Source: Candidatus Eiseniibacteriota bacterium
Lineage (GTDB): Bacteria; Eisenbacteria; RBG-16-71-46
Assembly (NCBI GenBank): GCA_963725865.1
Contig: CAVSAC010000010.1
Coordinates: forward strand, 320,001 to 384,000
DNA: 64,000 bases
Direction: 5' to 3'
Shown here in pieces: positions 1-9,679 of the stretch. Both the position numbers and the translations under genes were made by a program. Numbering within the stretch: position 1 is the first letter of the stretch; each line of letters starts with the position of its first letter. The notes under the pieces were generated by a model. It was not told the DNA's origin and did no database searches. It saw nothing but the letters and a program-made list of their open reading frames with translations.

Positions 1-1083
1 CGACGCCCTCGAGATCGATACCCAGAGTGAGCTGCTATCGGACGCCATCGCAAGCGGGAAGCCCGTCAGCTTGATCCTCGGGCCGGCGGACCGGGTGGCG
101 GGCTCGATCTGCACGAGCCCGTTCTTGAGCAGGATCCACGGGCGCTCGCCCGCCCAGACAATATCGGTCGCGACCGCGGGCAGTTCGACCTTGTGCACGC
201 CGTGGTCCCGGATGCCGATGCGGAAGGCCGCCGCATGAAGGCCGATTGCCCACACGGCATCCGGGCCCACCGCCAGCCCGCTAAGGACCTCGGGCGTGGC
301 AAACGTCGAAACGACCTGGTTCGTGGCTGTGGAGATCTCCCAGACGACAGGCCGATCCGCGCAGGCGACCCAGACGCTCGAGTCCCCGATCGCCATCGCC
401 CCGGGCGCACCCTCCAGCGCGACCTGCCCGATTTCTGCGCCGTTCGACGGATCGAGACGCAGCAACAGCCTGCCGTCGGTAAGGTTCACCCACAACGCCT
501 CGTGGTCGGCGATCAGCTTCCCCGCCGTGAGCGCGCCCGGGCGTCCTACGGGAACGATCGCGATGCCGTCCTCCGCGGGGCGTGGCTGTGCGCCCGGCGT
601 CTCGCTGGAGTCCGCATGCGCAGGGGCCCGCGACTCGAGCGTATCGCGTACCTGCTCGAGCAGGTGCTGCAGTTCTTCCGCGTCCTTCCCCGACGTTCGA
701 TCGAGATGGGTGTCGAGGACCATCAGCGTGGAGTGCACCTCGCCCTTCTCCCCAAGGACGCGTTTCGCGCCCACGAGATCGAGGATGGCGAAGTGGAGAT
801 ATGTCTGCGAGCCCGGCGACAGCGCCGCAAGCTTCGCCGCCACCCCCGCTGCCCTCCAGAACGTGATCTCGCCGGTCCGTGCCGTATCGGCGGGTTCGTA
901 GCCCAGCTCGGCCGCGCGGCGCGCCAGCTCGCTGGCAATCGCGGCGCGCGAGACATTGCGGATCACGACTTCGGGTCGCCCGCTGGGGGTCGGGGGTCCG
1001 CCGGCCGAGGCCGGACGGCAGGCCAGCCCTGCGGCGAGAATCAACCAGACCAGAAGCGGGGACGCGGCGCTGCGGCGATTCAT
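1..1083 (-). CDS. Secreted protein with C-terminal YVTN/Vgb-like beta-propeller repeats (3' end runs off the window)
   Basis: Hand translation from the ATG at 1083 (MNRRSAASPLLVWLILAAGLACRPASA...) is open to base 1, with repeats such as ALWVNL...LLRLDP, SVWVAC...VWEIS and AVWAIG. It is missing from the ORF track because there is no stop in the window. GAGAGGTGA RBS-like sequence upstream. Confidence 0.7.
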   Translation of the reverse strand, partial: MNRRSAASPLLVWLILAAGLACRPASAGGPPTPSGRPEVVIRNVSRAAIASELARRAAELGYEPADTARTGEITFWRAAGVAAKLAALSPGSQTYLHFAILDLVGAKRVLGEKGEVHSTLMVLDTHLDRTSGKDAEELQHLLEQVRDTLESRAPAHADSSETPGAQPRPAEDGIAIVPVGRPGALTAGKLIADHEALWVNLTDGRLLLRLDPSNGAEIGQVALEGAPGAMAIGDSSVWVACADRPVVWEISTATNQVVSTFATPEVLSGLAVGPDAVWAIGLHAAAFRIGIRDHGVHKVELPAVATDIVWAGERPWILLKNGLVQIEPATRSAGPRIKLTGFPLAMASDSSSLWVSISRAS

Positions 1084-1511
1084 GATTCACCTCTCCCAGG
1101 TCGAGGCGAGAACGAGCTCGAGGATGCGGGGCACGTGGACGAGGAGCTGGGCGCTGATGCTCGAGGACCGCGTCATGCGGATTCTCCCTTGGCTCGAGGG
1201 CGCACGGAAGCTCCGCGGCCGCGGGCTCCGCACCCTTCCCCATCCACCGCAGCCCATGATAGCGCACGGCCCGTTTGTCCAGCAGAATGGGCATCCACTG
1301 CACTAACACGGGAGTCACCGGGCCCACGAGTTCGTGGGCCGACTGGCTGTGGGTGAAGAAGCCGCGGTAGCGGGCGTCGGGCGTGGCGGACTCGCTGAGT
1401 TTCCAAGGCCGGCCAGGGGGTCCGTCAGACCCGCTTCGAACGCAATCACATCATCGCTTGGGGACCCGCCTTGCGAAGGCCATCGCGAAGTTGGTCAACG
1501 CTTCTCGAGCC

Positions 1512-1748
1512 GTCCCTCAGTTGTCCCCGAACTGTCCCCGTCGAGCGTCTACTCCCGACCAATCCCGTCGGCTCGCCCCCCACGCAAGTCGGTGTCTTTG
1601 TGCGTTTGGCCGACAGGTTGCGACGATGGTCCGGGTGGGGTCTCGGCTTGAAATCCCGTTGGGGACGCCAACTTCCTTCATCGCGTCGCAGGGACTTGCA
1701 GGCGTTTCGTAAGGCTCGAACGCTCCGATTGTCCCCGATCTGTCCCCG
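1512..1748 (+). mobile_element. Class Y att junction: tRNA-Glu-like 3' end core (1652-1670) flanked on both sides by arm-type direct repeats (attP-like)
   Basis: Core AATCCCGTTGGGGACGCCA. TTGTCCCCGAACTGTCCCCG at 1521-1540 and TTGTCCCCGATCTGTCCCCG at 1729-1748. 1512-1670 aligns ungapped with 6313-6471. Confidence 0.8.
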
Positions 1749-1850
1749 TTCTCTCCGTGAGTGTGGCGCCGATCGCCACGAGCTTGCGTGGTTCACGGGC
1801 GGCTGAGTCGTGGAGCGCCGCGAGCTGAGCAGCGCAGTGCACTGAAGCCA

Positions 1851-1885
1851 TCGGGCGCGGCTCCAGGTCTCGGAGCCGCGCCCGA
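1851..1885. terminator. GC-rich hairpin, probable terminator of the DUF1579 gene
   Basis: TCGGGCGCGGCTCC-7 nt loop-GGAGCCGCGCCCGA, a perfect 14-bp stem just past the stop at 1904. Confidence 0.6.
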
Positions 1886-1903
1886 ACCTCGAATGCCGCG
1901 CGA

Positions 1904-2500
1904 CTACTTCCGCGAGTACTCGATGGTCAGCATCTTCATTTCCTTCTTACCGCCCGGCGGCGTGCCGTACATCTCGAAGGTGTGGTGATCGTCGTCCTTG
2001 ATCGTCGTCACCATGCGCGACTTGGACGGCTTGCCGGTGACCGGGTCGGACATCGTGCCGATCCAGGTGATCACCCTGCCGCTGGCGTCGGCCGTGCCCA
2101 CGCTCGTCATGATCCCGGTGCCCATGTTGTCGACCCAGGTCGAGACGTACTTGCCGAGCACGTTGTCGTAGCCGGTCAGGCCCATGCCGCTGAACGGCTG
2201 GCCCATCATGTTGCCGCTCGTGACTTCCTGGCAATATCGGCCGTCCATCAGCATCGTGAGCGTCGAAGTCGACTGCTCCACTTCGGCCGGCTGCGACGGA
2301 TCCATCTGCGACGTGACCTTCGCGTTCCATTCTCCGGCCATCTTCTTCAGCATCTCGTGCTGGGGACCGGGCGTTGCGGCTCTGGTCATCTTCTCCATCA
2401 TCGCCTGCTGCTCGGCCGTCATCTTGGGCGGCGCGTCGGCGGCGAAGGCGGCGGTACAGACGAACAGCGCGACGGCGGCAAGCGCGATCCGCTTCTTCAT
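1904..2500 (-). CDS. DUF1579 family secreted protein
   Basis: Signal peptide; motifs PGPQHEMLKKMAGEW, FSGMGLTGYDN...YVSTWVDNMGTG and HHTFEMY; AAGGAGG RBS. Confidence 0.85.
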   Translation of the reverse strand: MKKRIALAAVALFVCTAAFAADAPPKMTAEQQAMMEKMTRAATPGPQHEMLKKMAGEWNAKVTSQMDPSQPAEVEQSTSTLTMLMDGRYCQEVTSGNMMGQPFSGMGLTGYDNVLGKYVSTWVDNMGTGIMTSVGTADASGRVITWIGTMSDPVTGKPSKSRMVTTIKDDDHHTFEMYGTPPGGKKEMKMLTIEYSRK

Positions 2501-2704
2501 GGGTGACCTCCTTGTAGGTGGGGAGCCGGTGGGCGCTCAGGCTAGCAACCAGCCGCGGCCGAGGACAAGGCGTTCCTCGTCTGCGCGCCAAGCGAGGTAA
2601 ACTGCCGGTCGCTCATCGTCGGGCCTCGTGAGAATGGCGCGGCTACTGCGCTCGATCCGACAGCAGCGATCCGCCTGTGCCCTCGTCGCCCGGTTTCTGG
2701 GCGC

Positions 2705-2797
2705 TCAGGCAGCCAGACCAGTCCCCCGCCGCAGCCTGTCCATTCTCCGCAACCACCCCAGCACCCGGTTCGAATTCCCGATGGCTGGGGACGCCAC
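2705..2797 (-). mobile_element. Class S att junction with orphan integrase-tail ORF VASPAIGNSNRVLGWLRRMDRLRRGTGLAA*
   Basis: + strand GGTTCGAA-TTCCCGATG-GCTGGGGACGCCA (2767-2796); the minus-strand 30-codon frame ends in TGA at 2705. Confidence 0.75.
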
Positions 2798-2812
2798 TTA
2801 GCCGCTGCGTGG

Positions 2813-3643
2813 CTAATTCGAAACCACCTCTGCTGCACCTTCTGCTGCACTCTTCGCTCGCCAGATTCGGGACGCCTCCTGCCGCACGGCCTCGTCGCTG
2901 AGCCTCGCGTACATCTGCGTGGTGGCAATCGAGGCGTGACCGAGCATCTGCTGCAGAGCGGGCAAGCTACCACCCATCTCCAGCCAGCGGCATGCAAACG
3001 TGTGACGCATCATGTGCGGGTGGAATCGCTCGACCCCGCTGAGCCTCCGCACGTGCCAGCTGAAGTTCCCTGAATCGGCATCCCTGAACGGCACGAGCCG
3101 GCCCTGTCGCGTGCTAAGCTCCTCGGCCAGCGAATCGGACAGCGGAACCCTCCGGACCTTTCCGCTCTTCGACTTGGCGACGGTAAGCGTGCCGTTCCTG
3201 AGATCACTCGGCAGGAGCCTGCAGAGCTCTCCCCACCGGAGACCAGAGCCCAAGCCAAGCCGCAAGACGAATCCGTACGGCTCCTCCAGCCCGACGAGCT
3301 GAGCAACCTCCTCGTCCGACAACCTGTCTGGGAGGCGTTCCTGGAGGCGCGGAAGCAGTCTTCGCGGTACGGGCGACTTGTCCACCAGCCCCGAGTCCGC
3401 GCACCAGCCGAAGAAGCAACGGCAGTCCGAGAGAACGTGACAGACCGTCATCGGCGAGAGCTCGCGACGTTCGAGAGCAAGGCGCAGCCGTCTCAAATCC
3501 TCGGCTGTCACCTTCGAAACGATTTCCTTCCCGAACGCTGGAAGGACGTACCGCTCAGCCCTCGACCTTGCCAAACCCTGCCCCTTCTGGTTGCGAACTG
3601 TCGCGATGTAGAGGCACAGCCACTGCTCAATTGCCTCCGCCAC
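2813..3643 (-). CDS. Tyrosine recombinase / phage-type integrase, probably N-terminally truncated
   Basis: Catalytic motifs GLRWGEL (R), KSKSGK (K), HPHMMRH (HxxR), LGH and TTQMY (Y). Stops 16 bp from the tRNA-like core. The in-frame upstream residues LEELKATEKTLT are cut by a TGA. Confidence 0.9.
   Translation of the reverse strand: MAEAIEQWLCLYIATVRNQKGQGLARSRAERYVLPAFGKEIVSKVTAEDLRRLRLALERRELSPMTVCHVLSDCRCFFGWCADSGLVDKSPVPRRLLPRLQERLPDRLSDEEVAQLVGLEEPYGFVLRLGLGSGLRWGELCRLLPSDLRNGTLTVAKSKSGKVRRVPLSDSLAEELSTRQGRLVPFRDADSGNFSWHVRRLSGVERFHPHMMRHTFACRWLEMGGSLPALQQMLGHASIATTQMYARLSDEAVRQEASRIWRAKSAAEGAAEVVSN
2829..2850 (+). repeat. Direct repeat TCTGCTGCAC x2 (12-bp period), candidate arm-type sites of the tyrosine integrase
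   Basis: Copies at 2829-2838 and 2841-2850, inside the integrase 3' end and ~35 bp from the core. Confidence 0.5.
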
Positions 3644-3905
3644 CGTGAGTGTCTTCTCGGTCGCCTTGAGCTCCTCAAGTGGGCACCATCATGGAACAAC
3701 GCCCCGGGGATGGAAAAACGCAAGGGGAGCGCACCCGGAGCCGCGTAGAGGAAGGGAAAAAGCCACTACCAGCTGCGGCGGCGCGCCTGTCTCTATGAGT
3801 CCAAGCATCGTCCTGCGGCGGGTCCAGAGCCATCGATCGGCGAACTGCCGAGGTCGCGCTCGGCGATAGCGGTGGGAAGAGACAGAGGACCGCTTGAGCA
3901 TGGGC

Positions 3906-3992
3906 TTAGACCGCCATCGTAAGCTGCAGCCTAGCCGTCTCCTTCAACCAAGGGCCAAGCGGTTCGAATTCGGGATGCTCAGGGAGGCCGAG
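3906..3992 (-). mobile_element. Degenerate class S junction with tail ASLSIPNSNRLA/WLKETARLQLTMAV* (1-nt frameshift)
   Basis: GGTTCGAA-TTCGGGATG-CTCAGGGAGGCCG at 3961-3990: 8/13 match to the core, same 9-nt spacer, same peptide pattern. Confidence 0.6.
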
Positions 3993-4186
3993 CGTCTTTC
4001 GAGGCCATCGGCCTCGAGTGTCGCTGCGGTGAATCGCCCTCCGGGGGGTGGGAACGCGCACTCACCCGGGCCGTGCAAGCCCGCGCCGTGCGCCGCCGGC
4101 GTGGTATCTTCGTTCCATCGGGTCGGGTCCGCTCCTACACTCCTCGATCGGTGTCCTCGAGCGACCTGGCCCATCGGAGGTACCCC

Positions 4187-5119
4187 ATGCGCGCGATCCC
4201 CGCGATCTCCTCAGGGCTCCTTCTGCTCACCCTCGCCGTCCCCGGGGCGTACGCCCAGCTCGCCACGGGCCACTGGACGCCCGCGTACGCCACGCCGCTC
4301 GTGGTGCAGACGACGCAGAGCACGGGCAAGTACGGCGCCGGTGGACGTGCAGCGTCGACCTCGTACGAGTTGGATGCCGCGTACGGCTACGTCGACGGTG
4401 CTGCGCTCCACCTGCTGCTGACTGGCAACATCGTCATAGGCTGGAACGCCGAGGGCCAGACCATCTGGTCGCCGATCGACGTCTTCCTGGACACCCGCGC
4501 GGGCGGACAGAACCAGCTCCTGCCCAGCAACCCCGTGGTGTCCCCGGCCGACTACGACCTGACGACCATGACCGGCTTGCGTTTCGATTCCGGCTTCGAG
4601 CCGGACTGGTGGTTCTGCGCCGGCGCCGATCCGGGCTACTGCTGCGGCACCTACGTCGTGAAGGCCGTGATGGCCGAGTTGCCCACGGCAGGCGGCGGCG
4701 CAGGCACGCTGCTCGGCGACGTCCCGCTCGGCACGAGCGCGCCACTTTCGGGCGGCAGCAATCCGAGCGGCGTCTCTGTCGCGATCGACGACACCAACAC
4801 CGTCGGCGTCACGCACGGCTGCGGCGCGTGGTCCGGGCCGGAGATCGGCAGCGGCATCGAGTTCGTGATCCCGCTCGGGGCGATCGGCAATCCCACCGGC
4901 TGCATCCGGGTCTGCGCGTTCGATCCGGTGTTCAACGGCAACACGCCGATCTCGAACCAGGTGCTCGGTCCCGTGCCGCCGGGCACGTGCGACCTGGGGC
5001 CGGCCGGCTCCGTGGACTTCGGCACGAACCCCGGCCCGCAGTGGTTCACGATCTGCCCGGGCGGCACCACGCCCGCGCGCCGGGCCACCTGGGGCTCGCT
5101 CAAGGCCATCTACCGCTAG
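4187..5119 (+). CDS. Secreted hypothetical protein with C-terminal TWGxLKxxYR motif
   Basis: GGAGG RBS and ATG at 4187; signal peptide; ends PARRATWGSLKAIYR*. Confidence 0.8.
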   Translation: MRAIPAISSGLLLLTLAVPGAYAQLATGHWTPAYATPLVVQTTQSTGKYGAGGRAASTSYELDAAYGYVDGAALHLLLTGNIVIGWNAEGQTIWSPIDVFLDTRAGGQNQLLPSNPVVSPADYDLTTMTGLRFDSGFEPDWWFCAGADPGYCCGTYVVKAVMAELPTAGGGAGTLLGDVPLGTSAPLSGGSNPSGVSVAIDDTNTVGVTHGCGAWSGPEIGSGIEFVIPLGAIGNPTGCIRVCAFDPVFNGNTPISNQVLGPVPPGTCDLGPAGSVDFGTNPGPQWFTICPGGTTPARRATWGSLKAIYR

Positions 5120-5390
5120 AAAGAAACAACAGCGGCGGCCGTCTGGGTTCGCTCAGGCGACCGCTTCTGCTTGGACCTTGAAGCCGAGTTCCTCGAGTCG
5201 GCGGATGAGGCGATGTGCGACGTTGATGCGGTCGCGTTGATCGAAGAGGCCAGCTCCGAGATCGCGATACTCCCCGCCGTCACGGAACTGGTGGCAGGCG
5301 GCGGTGAGCATGGACGCGGCGACGGCCGGGATGGCCTACTTCGCACCCCGATGGCCCTTGAGGTGGAGGAGTTGCGCCCGCAAGCGGCCT
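5116..5390 (-). pseudogene. IS110-family transposase C-terminal remnant plus IS end
   Basis: Hand translation LRAQLLHLKGHRGAK*AIPAVAASMLTAACHQFRDGGEYRDLGAGLFDQRDRINVAHRLIRRLEELGFKVQAEAVA* (stop at 5153) matches the IS110 C-terminal pattern. Internal TAG; short non-coding end finishing GTTTCTTTCTAG. Confidence 0.75.
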
Positions 5391-5502
5391 GGCGGTCAGA
5401 CCCGAAGGGCGTATCCTGCCGTTCCTGTACCGCGCGGGTGTCCCTCAGGTGCTGTCCGCCCGTGTCCCATTCTTGTCGACGCCGTACATCCGAGAGGCGA
5501 TC

Positions 5503-6101
5503 GTGCGGAATACGATTCTATTGCTGCTCCTGACGCTGACGCCGATGCGCCATGCCACCGCGATCGATAGTGTCTCCGAACAGGCTCTGCAGGAGGCCGC
5601 GAACAAGACGATCGCCGGCGCGTGTTCGAGGAGATCTTCAACCAGGGGAAGTTCGGGGTCGCGGACGAGATCTATGCCCGAGACTTCGTGAATCACGGAC
5701 TTCACCGGGATTTCGACTTGAAAGAGGATCAAGCCGCGGTGCATGAAGAGAGGCGGGCATTCCCCGATCTCAAGATGACGGTCGACTTGATGGTGGCGAA
5801 GGGGGATCTCGTCACCGTGGTGTGGAACTTTCGCGGGACGCAGACCGCTTCGGGATTTGGGTTGCCTCCCACAGGGGCGAGGATCGACATGCGCGGAATC
5901 ACCGTGTGGCGCATCGTCCACGGGAGGATCCGTGAGGAGTGGACCTCGTTCGACCGACTACGGCCCGTCCTCCAACTCCTCACGCACTTGAGGTGGGCGA
6001 TCCTCGGCCTTCTGGCGGCTGCTCTTGTTCTCGGATGGCTCGTTGTGGGAGGGGCGTGCCGCTGGTGGTCAGGGCACCACGGGAGCAGCGTCACGTCGTG
6101 A
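5503..6101 (+). CDS. SnoaL-like ester cyclase with signal peptide and C-terminal TM helix (frameshift near 5615)
   Basis: NKTIA/RRVFEEIFNQG...RAFPDLKMTVDLMVAKGDLVTVVW.FRGT...GLPPTGARIDMRGITVWRIVHGRIREEW. Confidence 0.75.
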
Positions 6102-6312
6102 GTCGGACGGGCGGATGGGGCAGCGACTCCGCAGGGTATCGCGGACCGAATCGACCCCGGATCCCGGAGTGCTCGCGGCCTCGATCGAGACGGGGCGTCG
6201 GCCGGACCCACGGATGCGAGGCGAATGCCTGCGAGCGCGTTCCTGGGCGAGCTCCAGAATCTCCGCCGCCTGGCGGGGCGACGTCCAAGCGCGGGCCCAG
6301 CCCGTTGCGGCT

Positions 6313-6471
6313 GTCCCTCGATTGTCCCCGAACCGTCCCCGTCGAGCGTCTACTTCCTTCGCTTCCCGTCGCCTCGCCCCAGAGGCAAGTCGTTGTCTTT
6401 GCGCTCTTGGACGACAGGTTGCGACGATAGTCTGCAGGGTCTCTTGTCTTCGAATCCCGTTGGGGACGCCA
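6313..6471 (+). mobile_element. Class Y att junction (left arm plus tRNA 3' core)
   Basis: TTCGAATCCCGTTGGGGACGCCA at 6449-6471; arm TTGTCCCCGAACCGTCCCCG at 6322-6341; ~80% identical to 1512-1670 by hand count. Confidence 0.85.
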
Positions 6472-6503
6472 CATTCGCGCCGCAGCAGCACTCGCCCGCG
6501 GGC

Positions 6504-9032
6504 TCACCTCATCAACACCATTCGAGTCGTGCGGGAGTCGCCCGCGCGTCGAAGGCGCGCGAAATAGACACCCGGGCGCCATGCCTCGGATCCTTCGAGG
6601 CGCACCGAATGAACTCCGGGCCCCAGTGCACCGACGTCCCTCGACAGGCACTGGCGTCCCCGGATGTCGAAGACCTCGAACTGCGCGGGCCCGGTCGACG
6701 GCAGGCTGAACACGACCTGGATGCTCCCGCCGGCCGGGTTGGGCCGGGCGCCGAAGAGGGCCAGCCGGAGGTTGGCGGGGTCGGCGACGAACCACGAAGC
6801 GGAATGCCACGCCGACGCGCCGTCCGGGATGGCGACTCGATACTGGTAGTCGTGCTCGGTCTTGACATCGTGGTCCGTGAAGGTGGCGAGCCCGTCGACA
6901 TCAAACTCGAGCGCGCCGATCTTCACCCAGTCGGTGGACTCCTCGCGGCGCTCGACGTTTGCGAGTCGGCCCGAGGCAGTGACGGATCGCCACTGAAGGA
7001 CGACCGCATCCTGTGACCGTTCGGCGCCGAGCAGCGACACCGACATAGGCCCAACGGCGAGCGCCCAGGCGTCGATTTCGTTGGTCCCCGGCAACGAGGC
7101 GAACAGCGCGAGCAATTGATCGCGAACCGGATCGTAGGCAATCGCCGAGGAGATCGTCGGCGAAGCCGTGGCGAACGACAGATCCGTCCAGGGCGCCGAG
7201 TCATCTACGCCGCGAGTGCGAACGCTCGTGGCGTTCGCAATGAACATTCGGCTGGTCCGGACATCGAACGTGGCCTGCGCGTCGGGAGGCGCCGGCACCG
7301 CCGCGTCGCCAGCAGCACCGAGTCGGCTCCACTGGAGGGTCGTTTCGAGAGGGCTCGCCCACACGACCGCTCCGAAGGACCGGCGCGTGCGCGGCATGTC
7401 GTTCACCTCCCACCCCCCGAGGATCACGAAGCGATCGTGAACGGGGTCGTAGAAGGAGGCGTGGCCGGCCGATCCCATCGGTAGCAAACCTAGTAGGCTC
7501 CACGATGGCGTAGGCCCGAGCGAAAGCGCCCACACCCCATTCTGGGTGAACCCCGCGGAATGCGCATATGGGAGCCATCCCCCGCTCACGATGAGCCGGT
7601 TGCGGCGCGTATCGAGCGCGACCGACGCGCCCACGCCCAGGCGCACGGTGTCCGTGGGCGCGAGAGGTCCGAGCGCGCTCCAACTTCGTGGCTCGGCGGC
7701 CGGCGTCGACCAGGCCTGTCCGCCATCGAACACGATGATCCGGTCAGCGAGCGAGTCGTACACCGATGCGATGGGGTACGTGGTGTCGAACCACATGCTC
7801 GGCGCGCGGAGGGCTCGCACGGCTTGCCAATGGTGCACAGCGGCCGGTCGGAAGATCCAGACCGCCGAATCGATGCTGGAGTAGGCGCCCCCCATAACGA
7901 CGAACCGATCCCGACGCGAATCGTACAGGACCGCGTGACCTGATCGTGCGCCCGGCGCGGGTAGAGGGTTGGGCGGCAGGACCGCATCCCAGTGGATAAG
8001 ATTCGCGAGCGAGAGCGCGGAGGTCTGCGGATATCCGCCACCCCCACAGGCGAGCAGGCGGTCCGTGTCGGGATCGTAGACGTCGATCGGGTACGAGCGT
8101 CCTCGCAACGTATCGGTCGTTACGATTGGTCTCCACTCAGGTGATCCGTCGAGCGAGAGCGCCCAGAGATTGTCGGGCTCGATGCCGCTCTGCGCGTTGA
8201 TGCCTCCGTGCACCAGCATGCGGCGCCGAATGGGATCGTAAACCGCCCCGAAAGCCGATCGTGCGCCGGGGACCGCCCCGGCAACGGTGATCGAGGTCCA
8301 CGCGGCCGTATCACCCAGACTCAGCTCCCACGTGTCGTTCCAGAAGCCGCGCGTTTCGGATTCGTAGTGACCGCCAAAGACCATCATCCGCTGCCGCTCG
8401 GGATCGTACACGGCTCCGTGGCCCTCTCGCCCTCCGGGCATCGGACCGCCTGCTGTGATCTCGGACCACGCACCCGTTGCGAGCGACAACGACCACGATT
8501 CCGACAGGAACCGCGTTGGCGACGAGTAGTCCATGCCTCCGAACATGACGACGCGATCGTGGACCGGGTCGTAGATCGTCGAGTGCCCGCAGCGACCAAG
8601 CGGATTCCCACTCGTGACGAGCCCCTCCCACGCAGGTGTTCCCTGGAGGCTGAGCCCCCACACGTCGATCGCCTGCCCATGGTAGCTGCCGAACACCAGC
8701 AGTCGGTCGCGCACCGGGTCCATCACGATACTGGCGAGGTACCGCTGCGAAGGAGGAGTCCCAACGGTCGCCACCGTGGACCAGCGCGGAGCGGCCCCGG
8801 GATCGAAGGCGTGCACCACGATCGGTCGGTCGGAATAGTCAGCATCTATGGCGAGCACGCGATGGCGGGGCGCGTCGTAGACGCCCATCGGGACCCCGAG
8901 CGTCGGCGGGAGGGGCGCGGAAGTCTCGAGTAGCCTCCACGGCATCGGATCCGAGGCACGCGCGGGGCCCGCAGCCGAGGAGGTAGCGAGGACGAGGACC
9001 GGCGCGAGCACCAAGGCCGAGAAGCGGCTCAT
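6504..9032 (-). CDS. Secreted Kelch-repeat beta-propeller protein with Fn3-like and FlgD-Ig/T9SS-like C-terminal domain
   Basis: Repeated R.GH...YDP..RR...FGG...W.L Kelch units; C-terminal PNP...FDIRGR...G.YFARL. Confidence 0.85.
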   Translation of the reverse strand: MSRFSALVLAPVLVLATSSAAGPARASDPMPWRLLETSAPLPPTLGVPMGVYDAPRHRVLAIDADYSDRPIVVHAFDPGAAPRWSTVATVGTPPSQRYLASIVMDPVRDRLLVFGSYHGQAIDVWGLSLQGTPAWEGLVTSGNPLGRCGHSTIYDPVHDRVVMFGGMDYSSPTRFLSESWSLSLATGAWSEITAGGPMPGGREGHGAVYDPERQRMMVFGGHYESETRGFWNDTWELSLGDTAAWTSITVAGAVPGARSAFGAVYDPIRRRMLVHGGINAQSGIEPDNLWALSLDGSPEWRPIVTTDTLRGRSYPIDVYDPDTDRLLACGGGGYPQTSALSLANLIHWDAVLPPNPLPAPGARSGHAVLYDSRRDRFVVMGGAYSSIDSAVWIFRPAAVHHWQAVRALRAPSMWFDTTYPIASVYDSLADRIIVFDGGQAWSTPAAEPRSWSALGPLAPTDTVRLGVGASVALDTRRNRLIVSGGWLPYAHSAGFTQNGVWALSLGPTPSWSLLGLLPMGSAGHASFYDPVHDRFVILGGWEVNDMPRTRRSFGAVVWASPLETTLQWSRLGAAGDAAVPAPPDAQATFDVRTSRMFIANATSVRTRGVDDSAPWTDLSFATASPTISSAIAYDPVRDQLLALFASLPGTNEIDAWALAVGPMSVSLLGAERSQDAVVLQWRSVTASGRLANVERREESTDWVKIGALEFDVDGLATFTDHDVKTEHDYQYRVAIPDGASAWHSASWFVADPANLRLALFGARPNPAGGSIQVVFSLPSTGPAQFEVFDIRGRQCLSRDVGALGPGVHSVRLEGSEAWRPGVYFARLRRAGDSRTTRMVLMR

Positions 9033-9274
9033 CAGACCCTCCCACGATTCAGAATGGGACCGAGTCTACGCCCTTGGCAGCTCAGTGGCCATGGGCCGAA
9101 CTCCGTCGGCGAACGCAGCGCGGCCGCCCCACCGAAGCGAGGGTCGTCTCGACGGCATCCTGCCTGCGCGCGTCCTGCGAACGCAGCAGGTATTGCCGGA
9201 TCTCGTGGGCGACGTGAGGCTGCCCAGAACTCACTCGCTCAAGCTGGCCGAAGGGAACGAGAACCCAAGTCACT

Positions 9275-9373
9275 TTAGGGTGTGCCGGCTGCTTCGACCT
9301 GCTGCCGTAGCGCGTTCATTGCCCTTAGCCAGCCCAGAGCCCGGTTCGAATTCGCGATGGTTGGGGACGCCAA
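9275..9373 (-). mobile_element. Class S att junction with tail ORF LASPTIANSNRALGWLRAMNALRQQVEAAGTP*
   Basis: GGTTCGAA-TTCGCGATG-GTTGGGGACGCCA at 9343-9372; minus-strand frame ends in TAA at 9275. Confidence 0.8.
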
Positions 9374-9679
9374 CAGCGCTCTGCCTGCCTTGTCCGATCG
9401 ACGGATCGGGCTGATCATTCAGGCACAGCGGCCCCAAATGGGTCCTGCTCGTACGCTCCCTGGCCCCGTCGCCATCGGCGTCGAGATTTCATTGACGCGT
9501 CGTTCGCGTGGCGGAGCTGGTGCCGGCGGTCGTTGTCGCCCCCCGAATGGCTCCGCAGTGAGTACGCTTAGAGATTCAACCTGCACCGCACCTCGTTCCG
9601 AGCTCGACGGGCACTGAACTGAGTTCGGGGCACCCCCTCGACGGCGACGCGGCGAGGCATCGCGCCGCACTGCGTGGCC

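Noticed and set aside
6651..6671. Minus-strand TTCGACATCCGGGGACGCCAG resembling the att core
   Set aside because: It lies inside a CDS, encodes the conserved FDIRGRQ motif of the C-terminal domain and has the wrong spacing; likely coincidence.
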